Below, in pieces: positions 23,163-31,159 of a stretch of DNA of 38,397 bases. The DNA is taken from positions 1 to 38,397 of IMG/VR virus record IMGVR_UViG_3300019477_000079; one strand, given 5' to 3'. The notes beneath the pieces are model-generated. The model did not search any database, had not been told where the DNA came from, and worked only from the letters and a program-made list of their open reading frames with translations. Position numbers and translations under genes: made by a program. Position 1 is the stretch's first letter; each line of letters opens with the position of its first letter. This DNA is from a virus.

Positions 23163-23476
23163 CAAGCCCTCGCAGCATAGATATTAATTAAAATCGATCC
23201 AATAGGAAAGCTGGCTAGCCCAGCTACAGTCATATAATACTGATAATCGAAGCCTATATAATATCCTGCGATCCAAACAACCGCACATACAATCATTGGA
23301 ACGAAAATTGCAAATGCACCTTTAGACGTTAAAAACCCTGCAGTTAAAAAAGCGAATCCAAGGTAATTAAATGAGACAAGATAATAGTCTCTACAAAGAA
23401 TAGCGAGAAACATAAACGCTATAGGCAATACATAATCAAATAACGCATATCTAATTTTCTCTGATGTACTACACAT
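23162..23476 (-). CDS. small multi-pass membrane protein (possible superinfection-exclusion/immunity accessory)
   Basis: Start ATG 23476 with RBS AAGGTGG; the track start at 23524 lacks an RBS. The product is 104 aa with 3-4 hydrophobic helices. It lies between the repressor and integrase genes, and its stop overlaps the int start. Confidence 0.6.
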   Translation of the reverse strand: MCSTSEKIRYALFDYVLPIAFMFLAILCRDYYLVSFNYLGFAFLTAGFLTSKGAFAIFVPMIVCAVVWIAGYYIGFDYQYYMTVAGLASFPIGSILINIYAARA

Positions 23477-23492
23477 GTTAATACCACCTTTC

Positions 23493-23590
23493 AAATCACG
23501 AGTATAAAAAAATAATATATCCATTGAAATTCAAACATTTAGACAATGAATCGTAATGCCAAATTGATAAAATCACGAGCAAATCACGAG
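23493..23590. repeat. three copies of the decamer AAATCACGAG
   Basis: Exact copies at 23493-23502, 23570-23579 and 23581-23590, in the spacer between the repressor gene and the membrane-protein gene. Confidence 0.85.
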
Positions 23591-23616
23591 TAAATTGTAA
23601 GTAACGACCAATATTA

Positions 23617-24267
23617 TTACCTAGCGTGATAAGTTCCTATACACTCTCCAACTATATAAATATCATCTGCATCTACAAGAGTAGGAGCATAATCTGAATT
23701 ACAAGGTTGAAGCATTACTTTATCGTCCATCTTATATAATTTTTTAAGTGATGCAGATTCCTCTGCTCCCCAGCATACAGCGTAAATATCTCCATCAGAA
23801 TAATCAAAGGACTTACGAATGAATGCAAAATCACCATCATAGATACCAGCATCAATCATAGAGTCACCTTTAACTTTAAGGCAGTAATCGGCTTTTATAG
23901 TATGATCCACATAGAAGTGACCTTGAAAGTTTTCTTCGCAGTGAATACCACTGCCGGCACAAATAGTTCCCAGGATAGGAACTGCGTACGCAGCAGGAGT
24001 AATGATGTTAGATGGAAGAGGGCGATCTGACTGAACAGATTCTTTGTTGTGCTCCTCTATAAGATCAGATTTTTTTATATTGAAATAATTAGCCATCAAT
24101 TCAATTTTATCTATTCTTGGATAAGTATTTGCCTTTATCCAATCTGTAAAGGTGGTGTATTTTATTCCGAGATCCTGGCAAATATCATTTCTAGTTTTGT
24201 TGTACAAATCCATATAGTACTGAATGTTTTTTGCCATTATTTTTTTGTTGCCTAATTGTGTGCTCAT
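23617..24267 (-). CDS. cI: CI-like repressor: XRE-type HTH plus LexA/S24 autopeptidase domain
   Basis: Start ATG 24267 with RBS GGAGGTGG; the longer track start at 24357 is rejected. The HTH is NDICQDLGIKYTTFTDWIKANTYP. The S24 domain has KGDSM (Ser) and SLKKL (Lys). Confidence 0.88.
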   Translation of the reverse strand: MSTQLGNKKIMAKNIQYYMDLYNKTRNDICQDLGIKYTTFTDWIKANTYPRIDKIELMANYFNIKKSDLIEEHNKESVQSDRPLPSNIITPAAYAVPILGTICAGSGIHCEENFQGHFYVDHTIKADYCLKVKGDSMIDAGIYDGDFAFIRKSFDYSDGDIYAVCWGAEESASLKKLYKMDDKVMLQPCNSDYAPTLVDADDIYIVGECIGTYHAR

Positions 24268-24350
24268 TATCCACCTCCATTTGATATGAAAATAATACGC
24301 TAATCTCGTAAAAAACACAATAAAATTTTGAAAAAATTGCGAAAAAACCG

Positions 24351-24379
24351 TTGACAAGGCGGCTTAACCGTAATATACT
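24351..24379 (+). promoter_or_regulatory. early rightward promoter TTGACA-17 nt-TATACT
   Basis: TTGACA at 24351-24356 and TATACT at 24374-24379. The spacer contains the half-site TTAACCGTA (24364-24372). The promoter is divergent from the repressor gene. Confidence 0.7.
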
Positions 24380-24406
24380 CCAATTATCAAATGAAGAAGA
24401 AGCGAG

Positions 24407-24616
24407 GTGAGCAAGTTGAAAAATGATAAACTGACGCTTAAATCAGTTAGAGTTTTAAGAGGATACACACAGGTTGAGGCGGCTAAATTGATTGGAATTA
24501 GCCCAGACACCCTGTCAAATTATGAATGTGGGAAGAGTTATCCAGATATCCCTATTCTCAAAAAGATTGAAGAGGTATATCAGATAAGTTACAACGATAT
24601 TATTTTTTTAGTTTAA
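24407..24616 (+). CDS. cro: Cro-like XRE-family HTH regulator
   Basis: 69 aa from GTG 24407. TTG 24416, which has RBS GAGGTG 6 nt upstream, is an alternative start. The HTH is YTQVEAAKLIGISPDTLSNYECGKSYP. It is divergent from the cI-like gene. Confidence 0.85.
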   Translation: MSKLKNDKLTLKSVRVLRGYTQVEAAKLIGISPDTLSNYECGKSYPDIPILKKIEEVYQISYNDIIFLV

Positions 24617-24619
24617 AAT

Positions 24620-24633
24620 TACGGTTAACCGTA
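24620..24633. promoter_or_regulatory. 14-bp perfect palindrome TACGGTTAACCGTA (candidate operator)
   Basis: It lies 4 nt after the cro stop codon. Its half-site TTAACCGTA is identical to 24364-72 inside the early promoter, and AACCGT also occurs at 24346-51. Confidence 0.5.
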
Positions 24634-24676
24634 TAAGAAGAGCGAGAGCTGAAGAGGTTTAAGAAAGGAAAGCGAA

Positions 24677-24793
24677 ATGGAATCACCAATTATCAGATTA
24701 AGAGCCACAGAAAAAATACTAGAAGAAACTCGAAACGAACTAGCTCGCACAAGAGAAGAACTGCGCAATTTCTCTTGTACACACACCCTTTGA
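24677..24793 (+). CDS. small helical protein (38 aa), hypothetical
   Basis: ATG 24677 after GAAAGGAAAG. The sequence is charged and helical (ATEKILEETRNELARTREELRN). It is below the track length cutoff, and the coding status is uncertain. Confidence 0.35.
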   Translation: MESPIIRLRATEKILEETRNELARTREELRNFSCTHTL

Positions 24794-24879
24794 TAGTCGA
24801 GCCTTTGGCCAAACTGAGGATTAAAGGCTAATAAGAGATTATATATTAAACAACTCAAAAAAATAGGAGAAAAAACATA

Positions 24880-25410
24880 ATGGATACAAACACCACAAGA
24901 CAAATTATCTGTACAGCAATAAGAGACACCCTACACGCAATGAATACATGCAAGGACCTCGATATGATAATCGTTACACCAGATAAGGACGAAGTCCTAC
25001 TGTCATACGGAGATAAGGCACTACGCGTAGATATCCAGGATATCCCGGAAGAAGAACTACCGAGATTCTTAATCGCAAAGATTAACTATGAACAGAAAAT
25101 GACGCTAAATGACTATCAGCACGAAACGCTGAGGACAGGAAAAGAAGTAGGCGTAATTGAATCTGTAATGGGAATGTGCGAAGAAATCGGAGAAGTTGTC
25201 GGCAAAATCAACAAGGCTACATTTAGAAAGCATGATGCAGATGTAGGAGAACTAATTGATGAACTGGGCGATGTACTTTGGTACTTATCCATAACCGCAT
25301 ACAACGCAGGTGTACCGCTAGAATCAGTTGCAAAACTCAACTTAGCAAAGTTAAAGCTAAGATACCCAGATGGATTTGATATAGAAAGATCTAAACACGA
25401 AGAGGAATAA
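24880..25410 (+). CDS. MazG-like nucleoside triphosphate pyrophosphohydrolase with an N-terminal extra domain
   Basis: 176 aa, RBS TAGGAGA. The MazG helices are GMCEEIGEVVGKINKA...IDELGDVLWYLSITA...LAKLKLRYPDGF. Confidence 0.75.
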   Translation: MDTNTTRQIICTAIRDTLHAMNTCKDLDMIIVTPDKDEVLLSYGDKALRVDIQDIPEEELPRFLIAKINYEQKMTLNDYQHETLRTGKEVGVIESVMGMCEEIGEVVGKINKATFRKHDADVGELIDELGDVLWYLSITAYNAGVPLESVAKLNLAKLKLRYPDGFDIERSKHEEE

Positions 25411-25414
25411 AGAA

Positions 25415-25618
25415 ATGGATAGGCAAGCAATATTAAACGATCTTAAAAAAGAATATGGCAGCTTCCCGACTATATCAGATATATCAAGATATCTAAAAAT
25501 TAGCCGTGCAAGTGTAAGAGACCTAATGTATGGCGTTGAATGCTTGCCGGACGGAAGAAGTAAAAAGTACTTTGCAGGGGATGTAGCAGACAAAATCTAC
25601 AAGAACAGGAGCATATAA
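25415..25618 (+). CDS. small excisionase/MerR-type HTH DNA-binding protein (possible Xis or early regulator)
   Basis: 67 aa. ISDISRYLKISRASVRDLMYG...GRSKKYFAGDVADKI resembles excisionase-family HTH domains. Confidence 0.45.
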   Translation: MDRQAILNDLKKEYGSFPTISDISRYLKISRASVRDLMYGVECLPDGRSKKYFAGDVADKIYKNRSI

Positions 25619-25758
25619 TGAGCAATAGAGAGTTATTCAAAGCCATATTTTCAGATGAGGAAGGTAATTTCCAGGTAATAAATCTAATCGGAACTATTTG
25701 CCTAGCGCTGCTATTCCCTATGCTGCACATATTTCTGTATGCGCTAGGGTGCAGATAA
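25618..25758 (+). CDS. small membrane peptide (46 aa), hypothetical
   Basis: ATG 25618 overlaps the upstream TAA (TAATG). The C-terminal half is hydrophobic (LIGTICLALLFPMLHIFLYAL). Confidence 0.4.
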   Translation: MSNRELFKAIFSDEEGNFQVINLIGTICLALLFPMLHIFLYALGCR

Positions 25759-25772
25759 AAGCGAGGTTAAAC

Positions 25773-25949
25773 GTGAATAAGTCTAAAACTATTGAACCTT
25801 GCATTATCAAAGTGATTAAGCTAGCGCATGAAATGGTCGATAGCGGCACGATTGCAGGAGCGAAAATAACAACATCAGATGGATATGTAAATCTCAAACG
25901 CATAGATGGCAAGGTGACTGTACAAAGAGAGGCGCGACATGGATATTGA
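25773..25949 (+). CDS. hypothetical protein (58 aa from GTG)
   Basis: GTG 25773 is preceded by GAGGT. The track start at 25698 would overlap the previous small ORF and has no RBS. Confidence 0.4.
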   Translation: MNKSKTIEPCIIKVIKLAHEMVDSGTIAGAKITTSDGYVNLKRIDGKVTVQREARHGY

Positions 25950-26112
25950 AAGACGAAGAAAATATTTTAAAGGAATTGTATCCGAATCAGCTATTACTAG
26001 AGAGTTCACTGATCATGAAGAACCTAGACTAGAAGTATGCGAAGAAAAAAGTGTGTTGTCAAATATAGAACCTTGGAGCGATGAAGAATTGCAAACAATT
26101 ACATTCGATTAG
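25939..26112 (+). CDS. hypothetical acidic protein (57 aa)
   Basis: ATG 25939 with RBS AGAGAGG 7 nt upstream. Below the track cutoff. It fills an otherwise empty gap in a tightly packed operon. Confidence 0.4.
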   Translation: MDIERRRKYFKGIVSESAITREFTDHEEPRLEVCEEKSVLSNIEPWSDEELQTITFD

Positions 26113-26124
26113 GAGAATAGCCAA

Positions 26125-26493
26125 ATGATGGAATATTACAAAACATGTGCTTTTCCAAAGCCGCAGACCAGGAAGAAAAAGAAAAAGCAAAACGGATATA
26201 AGGATAAAGCAAGTAGATTCTGCGCATATTGCGGAAAACCTTACGCTGAAAGGCACGAAATTTTCGGAGGGTCTAATCGCCAAATAAGTATAGACCTAGG
26301 CTTTCAAGTGGACGTGTGCCACGAGCACCACGAAGAGCTACATATGAACTGTAGCGAGTGGGCGCAAGAAGAGAACACTAAACTAAGACGCTTTTATCAA
26401 AAGAAATACGAAGAAGAAAAGATAGACGAGGGAATGACCAGAGAGCAAGCGCGTAATGACTGGATGATTCTTATAGGAAGGAACTATTTATGA
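26125..26493 (+). CDS. HNH-like zinc-finger protein (NinG/HNH-type fold, tentative)
   Basis: 122 aa. CAYCGKPYAERHEIFGGSNRQ...VDVCHEHHEELH matches the CxxC...HH...GG...CxxH layout of beta-beta-alpha-Me proteins. Confidence 0.5.
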   Translation: MMEYYKTCAFPKPQTRKKKKKQNGYKDKASRFCAYCGKPYAERHEIFGGSNRQISIDLGFQVDVCHEHHEELHMNCSEWAQEENTKLRRFYQKKYEEEKIDEGMTREQARNDWMILIGRNYL

Positions 26494-26747
26494 ATAGATG
26501 GAAAGCTGAGGCAACTATCCCAAGTATAAATCTGAATGTAAATCAAATCCTACATAAGGCAGATTCAATAGACGACACATTAACATATGAGTCTATGCAA
26601 AAAGGAATCGCTTATGTAGCAAATAAAGATGAATTCTTAATTCTGAGTGCGTCAAATGGCTACCTCAGAATGACTTATGAGGAGCTAGAGGAAGTTAGAA
26701 AAGAAATAACAGGAATTCTAGAGGAAGTAGATAGGAAAAGATGGTAA
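26490..26747 (+). CDS. hypothetical protein
   Basis: 85 aa, ATGA-coupled to the upstream gene. No motif recognised. Confidence 0.55.
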   Translation: MNRWKAEATIPSINLNVNQILHKADSIDDTLTYESMQKGIAYVANKDEFLILSASNGYLRMTYEELEEVRKEITGILEEVDRKRW

Positions 26748-27115
26748 ACGTAGGATGTGTGTGTGACAGGTGCGGACACGAACACGGAACACCAAATGAC
26801 AACAGGTCGTTCCGTTGGTGCAGGCGAATTAAGGGGACCATCTGTGGTAAATGTTGTAATGAATGCGAATACTGTAATGATTGGCGCTGCACCTATGATC
26901 CAGCAGGAAGAGAAAAAATGCGAATGCTGGTATATGCAAATAGAGCTGCTGAAAGAACAATATCTAAAAATGAAGATGTTGCTAAAAAAGTAAGCATTAC
27001 AACAAGAAGGATGATTGAACAAGTTAATGAAAACCTAAAAGCGGAGATAAACGCTAGAGAAGAAGAATACGACAAACTACGCGCCAGGGAAGGCGAAGAA
27101 CCAGAAATGTTTTAA
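26741..27115 (+). CDS. Cys-rich (zinc-binding-like) protein with a coiled-coil tail
   Basis: 124 aa. The sequence is CVCDRCGHEHG...WCRRIKGTICGKCCNECEYCNDWRC, followed by a charged helix. Confidence 0.55.
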   Translation: MVNVGCVCDRCGHEHGTPNDNRSFRWCRRIKGTICGKCCNECEYCNDWRCTYDPAGREKMRMLVYANRAAERTISKNEDVAKKVSITTRRMIEQVNENLKAEINAREEEYDKLRAREGEEPEMF

Positions 27116-27125
27116 GGAGATAAGC

Positions 27126-27521
27126 ATGAGTTACGAAACAAACGATGAAATAACAATGGATGCGTACATTGAAGAAAAATTAAACACAAAGTTACCTAAA
27201 CTATTTTTTATCTCACAGCCGATGGCTGGCAAAACAGATGTAGAGATAGCTGCAGAAAGAACAATGATTAAAGAAAGAATTAAGAGAGAAATTAATCCTG
27301 CGGCTACATTTATAGATTCGGTGCTAGATAAAAACAAGGTTGAAAAAGAAATCAAAAATAAGAACGTGAAATCGGAATCATTATACTATCTGGCGGAATC
27401 ATTAAAACTACTATCTACTGCAGATATGGCAGTATTTGCGCATGATTGGCTTTCCACCAGAGGCTGCCGAATTGAAGAAACGGCAGCTAGACAGTATGGA
27501 ATTGATGTGCACTACATATAG
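27126..27521 (+). CDS. DUF4406 / nucleoside 2-deoxyribosyltransferase-like protein
   Basis: 131 aa, RBS AAGGAGA. The layout is FFISQPMAGKT...LLSTADMAVFAHDWLSTRGCRIEETAARQYGIDV. Confidence 0.6.
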   Translation: MSYETNDEITMDAYIEEKLNTKLPKLFFISQPMAGKTDVEIAAERTMIKERIKREINPAATFIDSVLDKNKVEKEIKNKNVKSESLYYLAESLKLLSTADMAVFAHDWLSTRGCRIEETAARQYGIDVHYI

Positions 27522-27529
27522 GAGAAGCA

Positions 27530-27703
27530 ATGAATATAAACTACTGTGAGCTCTGTGGCTGCGGTACCGCAAGAGAGAAGCGAGAAATACTTACACTAGA
27601 AAGTTCAGACGGAAAGCAAGAAGTACACGTTTTATGCAAGGCGTGCGCTGACGCACTAAAGAGACAGTTAATAAGGAATAGCAAATGGACTACAAAATCA
27701 TAG
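27530..27703 (+). CDS. small zinc-ribbon protein (57 aa)
   Basis: ATG 27530 with RBS TAGGAGA. It has CELCGC...CKAC. It overlaps the next gene by 19 nt and is below the track cutoff. Confidence 0.5.
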   Translation: MNINYCELCGCGTAREKREILTLESSDGKQEVHVLCKACADALKRQLIRNSKWTTKS

Positions 27704-27891
27704 AAGAGCTAGCCACGCTATCGACAGATAGTAAGGGCAGAAAAAAGAAGCTTATAAAAATATCCTGGTATGGAAAAGAACCGGGATATGAAATAAGGAC
27801 CTTTGACAAAGACGGAACACCGCTTAAAAGAGCGATGCTAACAGAAGATGAGTATCAGGAGTTAGCAAAATTCATGATAGGGAACTACTAA
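27685..27891 (+). CDS. PC4/YdbC-like small ssDNA-binding protein
   Basis: 68 aa. ...KKKLIKISWYGKEPGYEIRTFDKDG...MLTEDEYQELAKFM parallels the bacterial YdbC/PC4 family pattern. Confidence 0.65.
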   Translation: MDYKIIEELATLSTDSKGRKKKLIKISWYGKEPGYEIRTFDKDGTPLKRAMLTEDEYQELAKFMIGNY

Positions 27892-27892
27892 G

Positions 27893-29089
27893 ATGAAATT
27901 TATAGACTTTTTCTCTGGAGTGGGAGGGTTCACAAGAGGCTTAGAGCTCGCGGGGCATGAATGCATAGGGCACTGCGAATTTGATAAATTTGCGGAAGCT
28001 AGTTACAGATCTATGCACACCATAACGGAAGAGCAACGAACTCATCTTAACGAACTTAATAAAAAGAAAAGACAGAAGGAGATCTTAAAAAGTGAATACC
28101 TCAATGGAGAATGGTACGCAAGAGATATTCGAACAGTTAACTCTACCAATATTCCAAGAGCTGACTGCTGGACCTTCGGCGCACCGTGTCAAGACTTTTC
28201 AGTCGCAGGCAGGCGAGCAGGGCTTGACGGAGAAAGAAGTAGCCTTGTACGAGAAATTTTTAGAATCCTGGAAGAGCTCGAAGAAAAAGATAGACCCACA
28301 TGGATTATCTACGAGAATGTTAAGGGAATGCTTTCTAGCAACAGAGGACTTGACTTCCTATCAATCATCGTTGAAATGGACCAACTCGGGTACGATCTCG
28401 AGTGGCAAAATATCAACTCGAGATGGTTCGTTCCACAAAATAGGGAGCGCATATACGTTGTTGGATGTTATCGAGGAAGAAGTAGACGACAAATTTTTCC
28501 TATCACGGGAAATGGCGGAGAAAATAGTACAAGGCAATTAATTGGTGGCGCACAAGCGCATCGAGTATATGACAGCAACGGAATCGCTTGCACGCAGAAC
28601 GCACAAGCTGGCGGAGTTGGCGCAAAAACAGGACTATATGCATTCGGCGTTGATAAATCATCGAATAAATTACAAGAGCTGCAAATTGCGAACTGTCTTA
28701 CGACGAAAGAGCGCGGAGTATCAAATAGAAGAAACGAGGCCACAGCAATTGCAATTCCTGTACTAACACCGTTTAGGAAAGAGAAGCGCCAAAACGGGAG
28801 AAGGTGCAAGGAAGCTGGGGAAGATATGTTTACCCTGACAACGCAAGACCAACATGGAATTGCGATAAAGGCGGATGAAGAAAAAGACGTTTGGGCGGTG
28901 TGGAGCGAGAAATACAATTGCTATCTTACAATTAGAAAACTGACACCGAGAGAAAGCTTTCGCCTCCAAGGGTGGACAGACAATTATTATGAAAGAGCAG
29001 GATTCGTAAACAGTGATAGCCAATTATACAAGCAAGCTGGAAACGGAGTAACGGTTAATGTTGTTAAGGCGATAGGGGATAAATTATGA
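27893..29089 (+). CDS. DNA (cytosine-5)-methyltransferase
   Basis: The ordered motifs are present: I FFSGVGGF, IV GAPCQDFS, VI YENVKGM, VIII QNRERIY, IX TPRESFRLQG, X QAGNGVTVNV. Confidence 0.95.
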   Translation: MKFIDFFSGVGGFTRGLELAGHECIGHCEFDKFAEASYRSMHTITEEQRTHLNELNKKKRQKEILKSEYLNGEWYARDIRTVNSTNIPRADCWTFGAPCQDFSVAGRRAGLDGERSSLVREIFRILEELEEKDRPTWIIYENVKGMLSSNRGLDFLSIIVEMDQLGYDLEWQNINSRWFVPQNRERIYVVGCYRGRSRRQIFPITGNGGENSTRQLIGGAQAHRVYDSNGIACTQNAQAGGVGAKTGLYAFGVDKSSNKLQELQIANCLTTKERGVSNRRNEATAIAIPVLTPFRKEKRQNGRRCKEAGEDMFTLTTQDQHGIAIKADEEKDVWAVWSEKYNCYLTIRKLTPRESFRLQGWTDNYYERAGFVNSDSQLYKQAGNGVTVNVVKAIGDKL

Positions 29090-29853
29090 AAACACTGTTG
29101 AAATATCCAGGAGCAAAGAATCGATTAGCGCCGTGGATAGTGAGCCACATACCACCGCACAAGGTGTATTGCGAGCCGTTCTTGGGTAGTGGTGCAGTTT
29201 TCCTGAATAAAGAACCTGCATATAACGAAATCCTGAACGATCTAGACGATGATATTTACAACTTTTTCAAGGTCATACGGGAGCAATCAGAAGAACTCTG
29301 CAGATTGATAGAGGCTACACCATACTCACGCGCTGAATATGCAGCGGTGTATGTAGAGAGCGAAGAAGAGGCGTTATCTATCGAACGTGCAAGAAGATTT
29401 GCAGTTAAGTGCTGGCAGGGCTTCGGATGCGGAAACAAGTATAAGAACGGACATAGGCGAGGTATAGGGGCTACAAGCCCTAATCCCGCAAAAGCGTGGG
29501 CAAGGCTCCCGGAAACGATACAGCTTGCGGCCGAAAGGTTAAAGAACGCACAGATTGAGCACAAAGACGCACTTGAACTTATAAGTGACCTATATGGCAA
29601 AAACACGTTTATATACATAGACCCTCCGTATCTGCAGGATACAAGGAAGAAGTATTTATACAACCATGAAATGACAGATGAACAGCATGTGAAACTGCTA
29701 CAAATTGTCAAAGAAAGTGATTGTAAGATTATGATTTCCGCGTATGAAAACGAGCTGTATAACACAGAGTTGATAGGTTGGAGAAAAGAACACAAGTCAA
29801 CCACGGCCGAATGTTCGAGAAAGAGAACTGAAACGCTGTATATGAATTATTAA
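29086..29853 (+). CDS. DNA N6-adenine methyltransferase (Dam/D12 class)
   Basis: KYPGAKNRLAPWI, EPFLGSGAVF (SAM binding) and IYIDPPYL (DPPY catalytic motif). ATGA-coupled to the C5 methyltransferase gene. Confidence 0.9.
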   Translation: MKTLLKYPGAKNRLAPWIVSHIPPHKVYCEPFLGSGAVFLNKEPAYNEILNDLDDDIYNFFKVIREQSEELCRLIEATPYSRAEYAAVYVESEEEALSIERARRFAVKCWQGFGCGNKYKNGHRRGIGATSPNPAKAWARLPETIQLAAERLKNAQIEHKDALELISDLYGKNTFIYIDPPYLQDTRKKYLYNHEMTDEQHVKLLQIVKESDCKIMISAYENELYNTELIGWRKEHKSTTAECSRKRTETLYMNY

Positions 29854-30089
29854 TGAAGAGGTTAGAAATGAAGTGCTTATGTTGCAATACAAAAATGGTA
29901 TCCGTAAATGATTATCATTCATGCGGATATCCAATGACCATATACGCTTGCCCAAAATGTAAATCGGGCGCAGAAGTTGTAACCGATGATGATGGATTTA
30001 TCACAACTTGCATTTTTAATAAATATAAAAAATTCGATGATTTTGAATTAAAGATGCTAAAGCAGAGAAAAAAAGAACAGACATGGTAA
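29853..30089 (+). CDS. small zinc-ribbon protein
   Basis: 78 aa with CLCC...CPKC. Confidence 0.55.
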   Translation: MKRLEMKCLCCNTKMVSVNDYHSCGYPMTIYACPKCKSGAEVVTDDDGFITTCIFNKYKKFDDFELKMLKQRKKEQTW

Positions 30090-30107
30090 TTGAGAAAGGA
30101 AATAAGT

Positions 30108-30374
30108 ATGGATGAAAGAAAATTTATAAAAAAGTGCAAAGAATTTGTAAGAGATTATTACAACGATAGAGCGGAATCGACTGATAAGAACGGAAAAATC
30201 ACAACAGAAGATGTGTTCATTGTTTGGTTCTGTAAGACCTTGCAGAACTCAAAGGCTTTAGTTAGCACCAATGTATCAGATGGCATGTACTACGAGGTCA
30301 CATATAACGGAGACAAGAATGAGTGCTATCTTGATGCTTATAAAAAGTGGCAAAACGTTTGCATTGAAATGTAA
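30108..30374 (+). CDS. conserved small phage protein, function unknown
   Basis: ATG 30108 with RBS AAGGAAA; the track start at 30090 is a TTG without an RBS. The pattern VFIVWFCKTLQNSKALVST...MYYEVTYNGDKNECYLDAYKK recurs in Gram-positive prophages. Confidence 0.55.
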   Translation: MDERKFIKKCKEFVRDYYNDRAESTDKNGKITTEDVFIVWFCKTLQNSKALVSTNVSDGMYYEVTYNGDKNECYLDAYKKWQNVCIEM

Positions 30375-30391
30375 AAAAGGAGCGCAAGACC

Positions 30392-30664
30392 ATGAAGGCT
30401 TACGACAAAATCCCAGAATGGAAAGAAATTATATTCAAAGAACTAACACCGGAAGATAAAGAGTACACCAAGCATAGGTGGATGTACACAATCGAAAACT
30501 TACCAGAATATAACGAAGATGTAATCGTAACAGACGGAATTGATGTATGGATAGATGCATTTGACGAAGCTATAAGTGGGGAAGTCTATTTGTCCGGCAC
30601 AGGTGGGAATGTGGATGAAGTTACTGCGTGGATGCCGCTGCCAAATCCATATAAGTGGGAATAG
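30392..30664 (+). CDS. DUF551-like protein
   Basis: 90 aa, RBS AAAGGAG. The C-terminal VTAWMPLPNPYK is the typical DUF551 ending. Confidence 0.55.
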   Translation: MKAYDKIPEWKEIIFKELTPEDKEYTKHRWMYTIENLPEYNEDVIVTDGIDVWIDAFDEAISGEVYLSGTGGNVDEVTAWMPLPNPYKWE

Positions 30665-30793
30665 ACAAAATCTAATAATACGTTATGTAGGTAGCGGGCA
30701 CCGTAAGTTATTTTTATAAGGCAAACAATAATGATGTAAAAATGATAATCTCTCAAACCAACGTCCGCTACTTCATATATATAGGAGCAAACA

Positions 30794-30961
30794 ATGATCG
30801 ACTTAATACTTACATTATGGATATTAGGAATTATAGCAGGAGTTAACGCGCTATTATTCACCGCGTTAAACAAAACAGAAAAAGCAAACAAACTATATCT
30901 AGCAGCAGACTTACTTATCTCTGCAGGGTGTCTAGTAATCCTATACTGGATATTCACATAA
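30794..30961 (+). CDS. small two-helix membrane protein (55 aa)
   Basis: ATG 30794 with RBS TAGGAG. It has LILTLWILGIIAGVNALLFTAL and LLISAGCLVILYWIF. Below the track cutoff. The antisense track ORF 30586-30957 is rejected. Confidence 0.5.
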   Translation: MIDLILTLWILGIIAGVNALLFTALNKTEKANKLYLAADLLISAGCLVILYWIFT

Positions 30962-30970
30962 CTAAATTGC

Positions 30971-31061
30971 TATGACGGCGGCGAACATAAAGATCCTTTT
31001 TGAAAATAAATATACATATAAGAGCACAACATAATTAAGTAGTCATATTCGCCGCCTCATA
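30971..31061. repeat. imperfect 17/18-nt inverted repeat around an AT-rich 56-nt spacer (candidate replication origin element)
   Basis: TATGACGGCGGCGAACAT (30971-30988) against ATATTCGCCGCCTCATA (31045-31061): 16 pairs, one bulge and one mismatch. It lies about 100 nt upstream of the Rep gene. Confidence 0.45.
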
Positions 31062-31159
31062 TATATAAGAAGAAAACATAAAAAACGAGAAAACAATCAC
31101 CAGCCGCGAGCTGGTTTAAAAGTTCAATTGAGTATTAACAAGTTAGCGAAAATATAGAT

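Noticed and set aside
23477-24357. The longer N-terminal extensions given by the track for the membrane protein (start 23524) and the repressor (start 24357)
   Set aside because: Internal ATGs at 23476 and 24267 have strong RBSs (AAGGTGG and GGAGGTGG). The extensions would run through promoter and operator DNA and encode implausible peptides.
28092-28917. Alternative-frame and antisense ORFs of up to 149 aa inside the C5 methyltransferase gene
   Set aside because: The annotated frame contains all the ordered methyltransferase motifs, while these frames show no motifs or RBSs.
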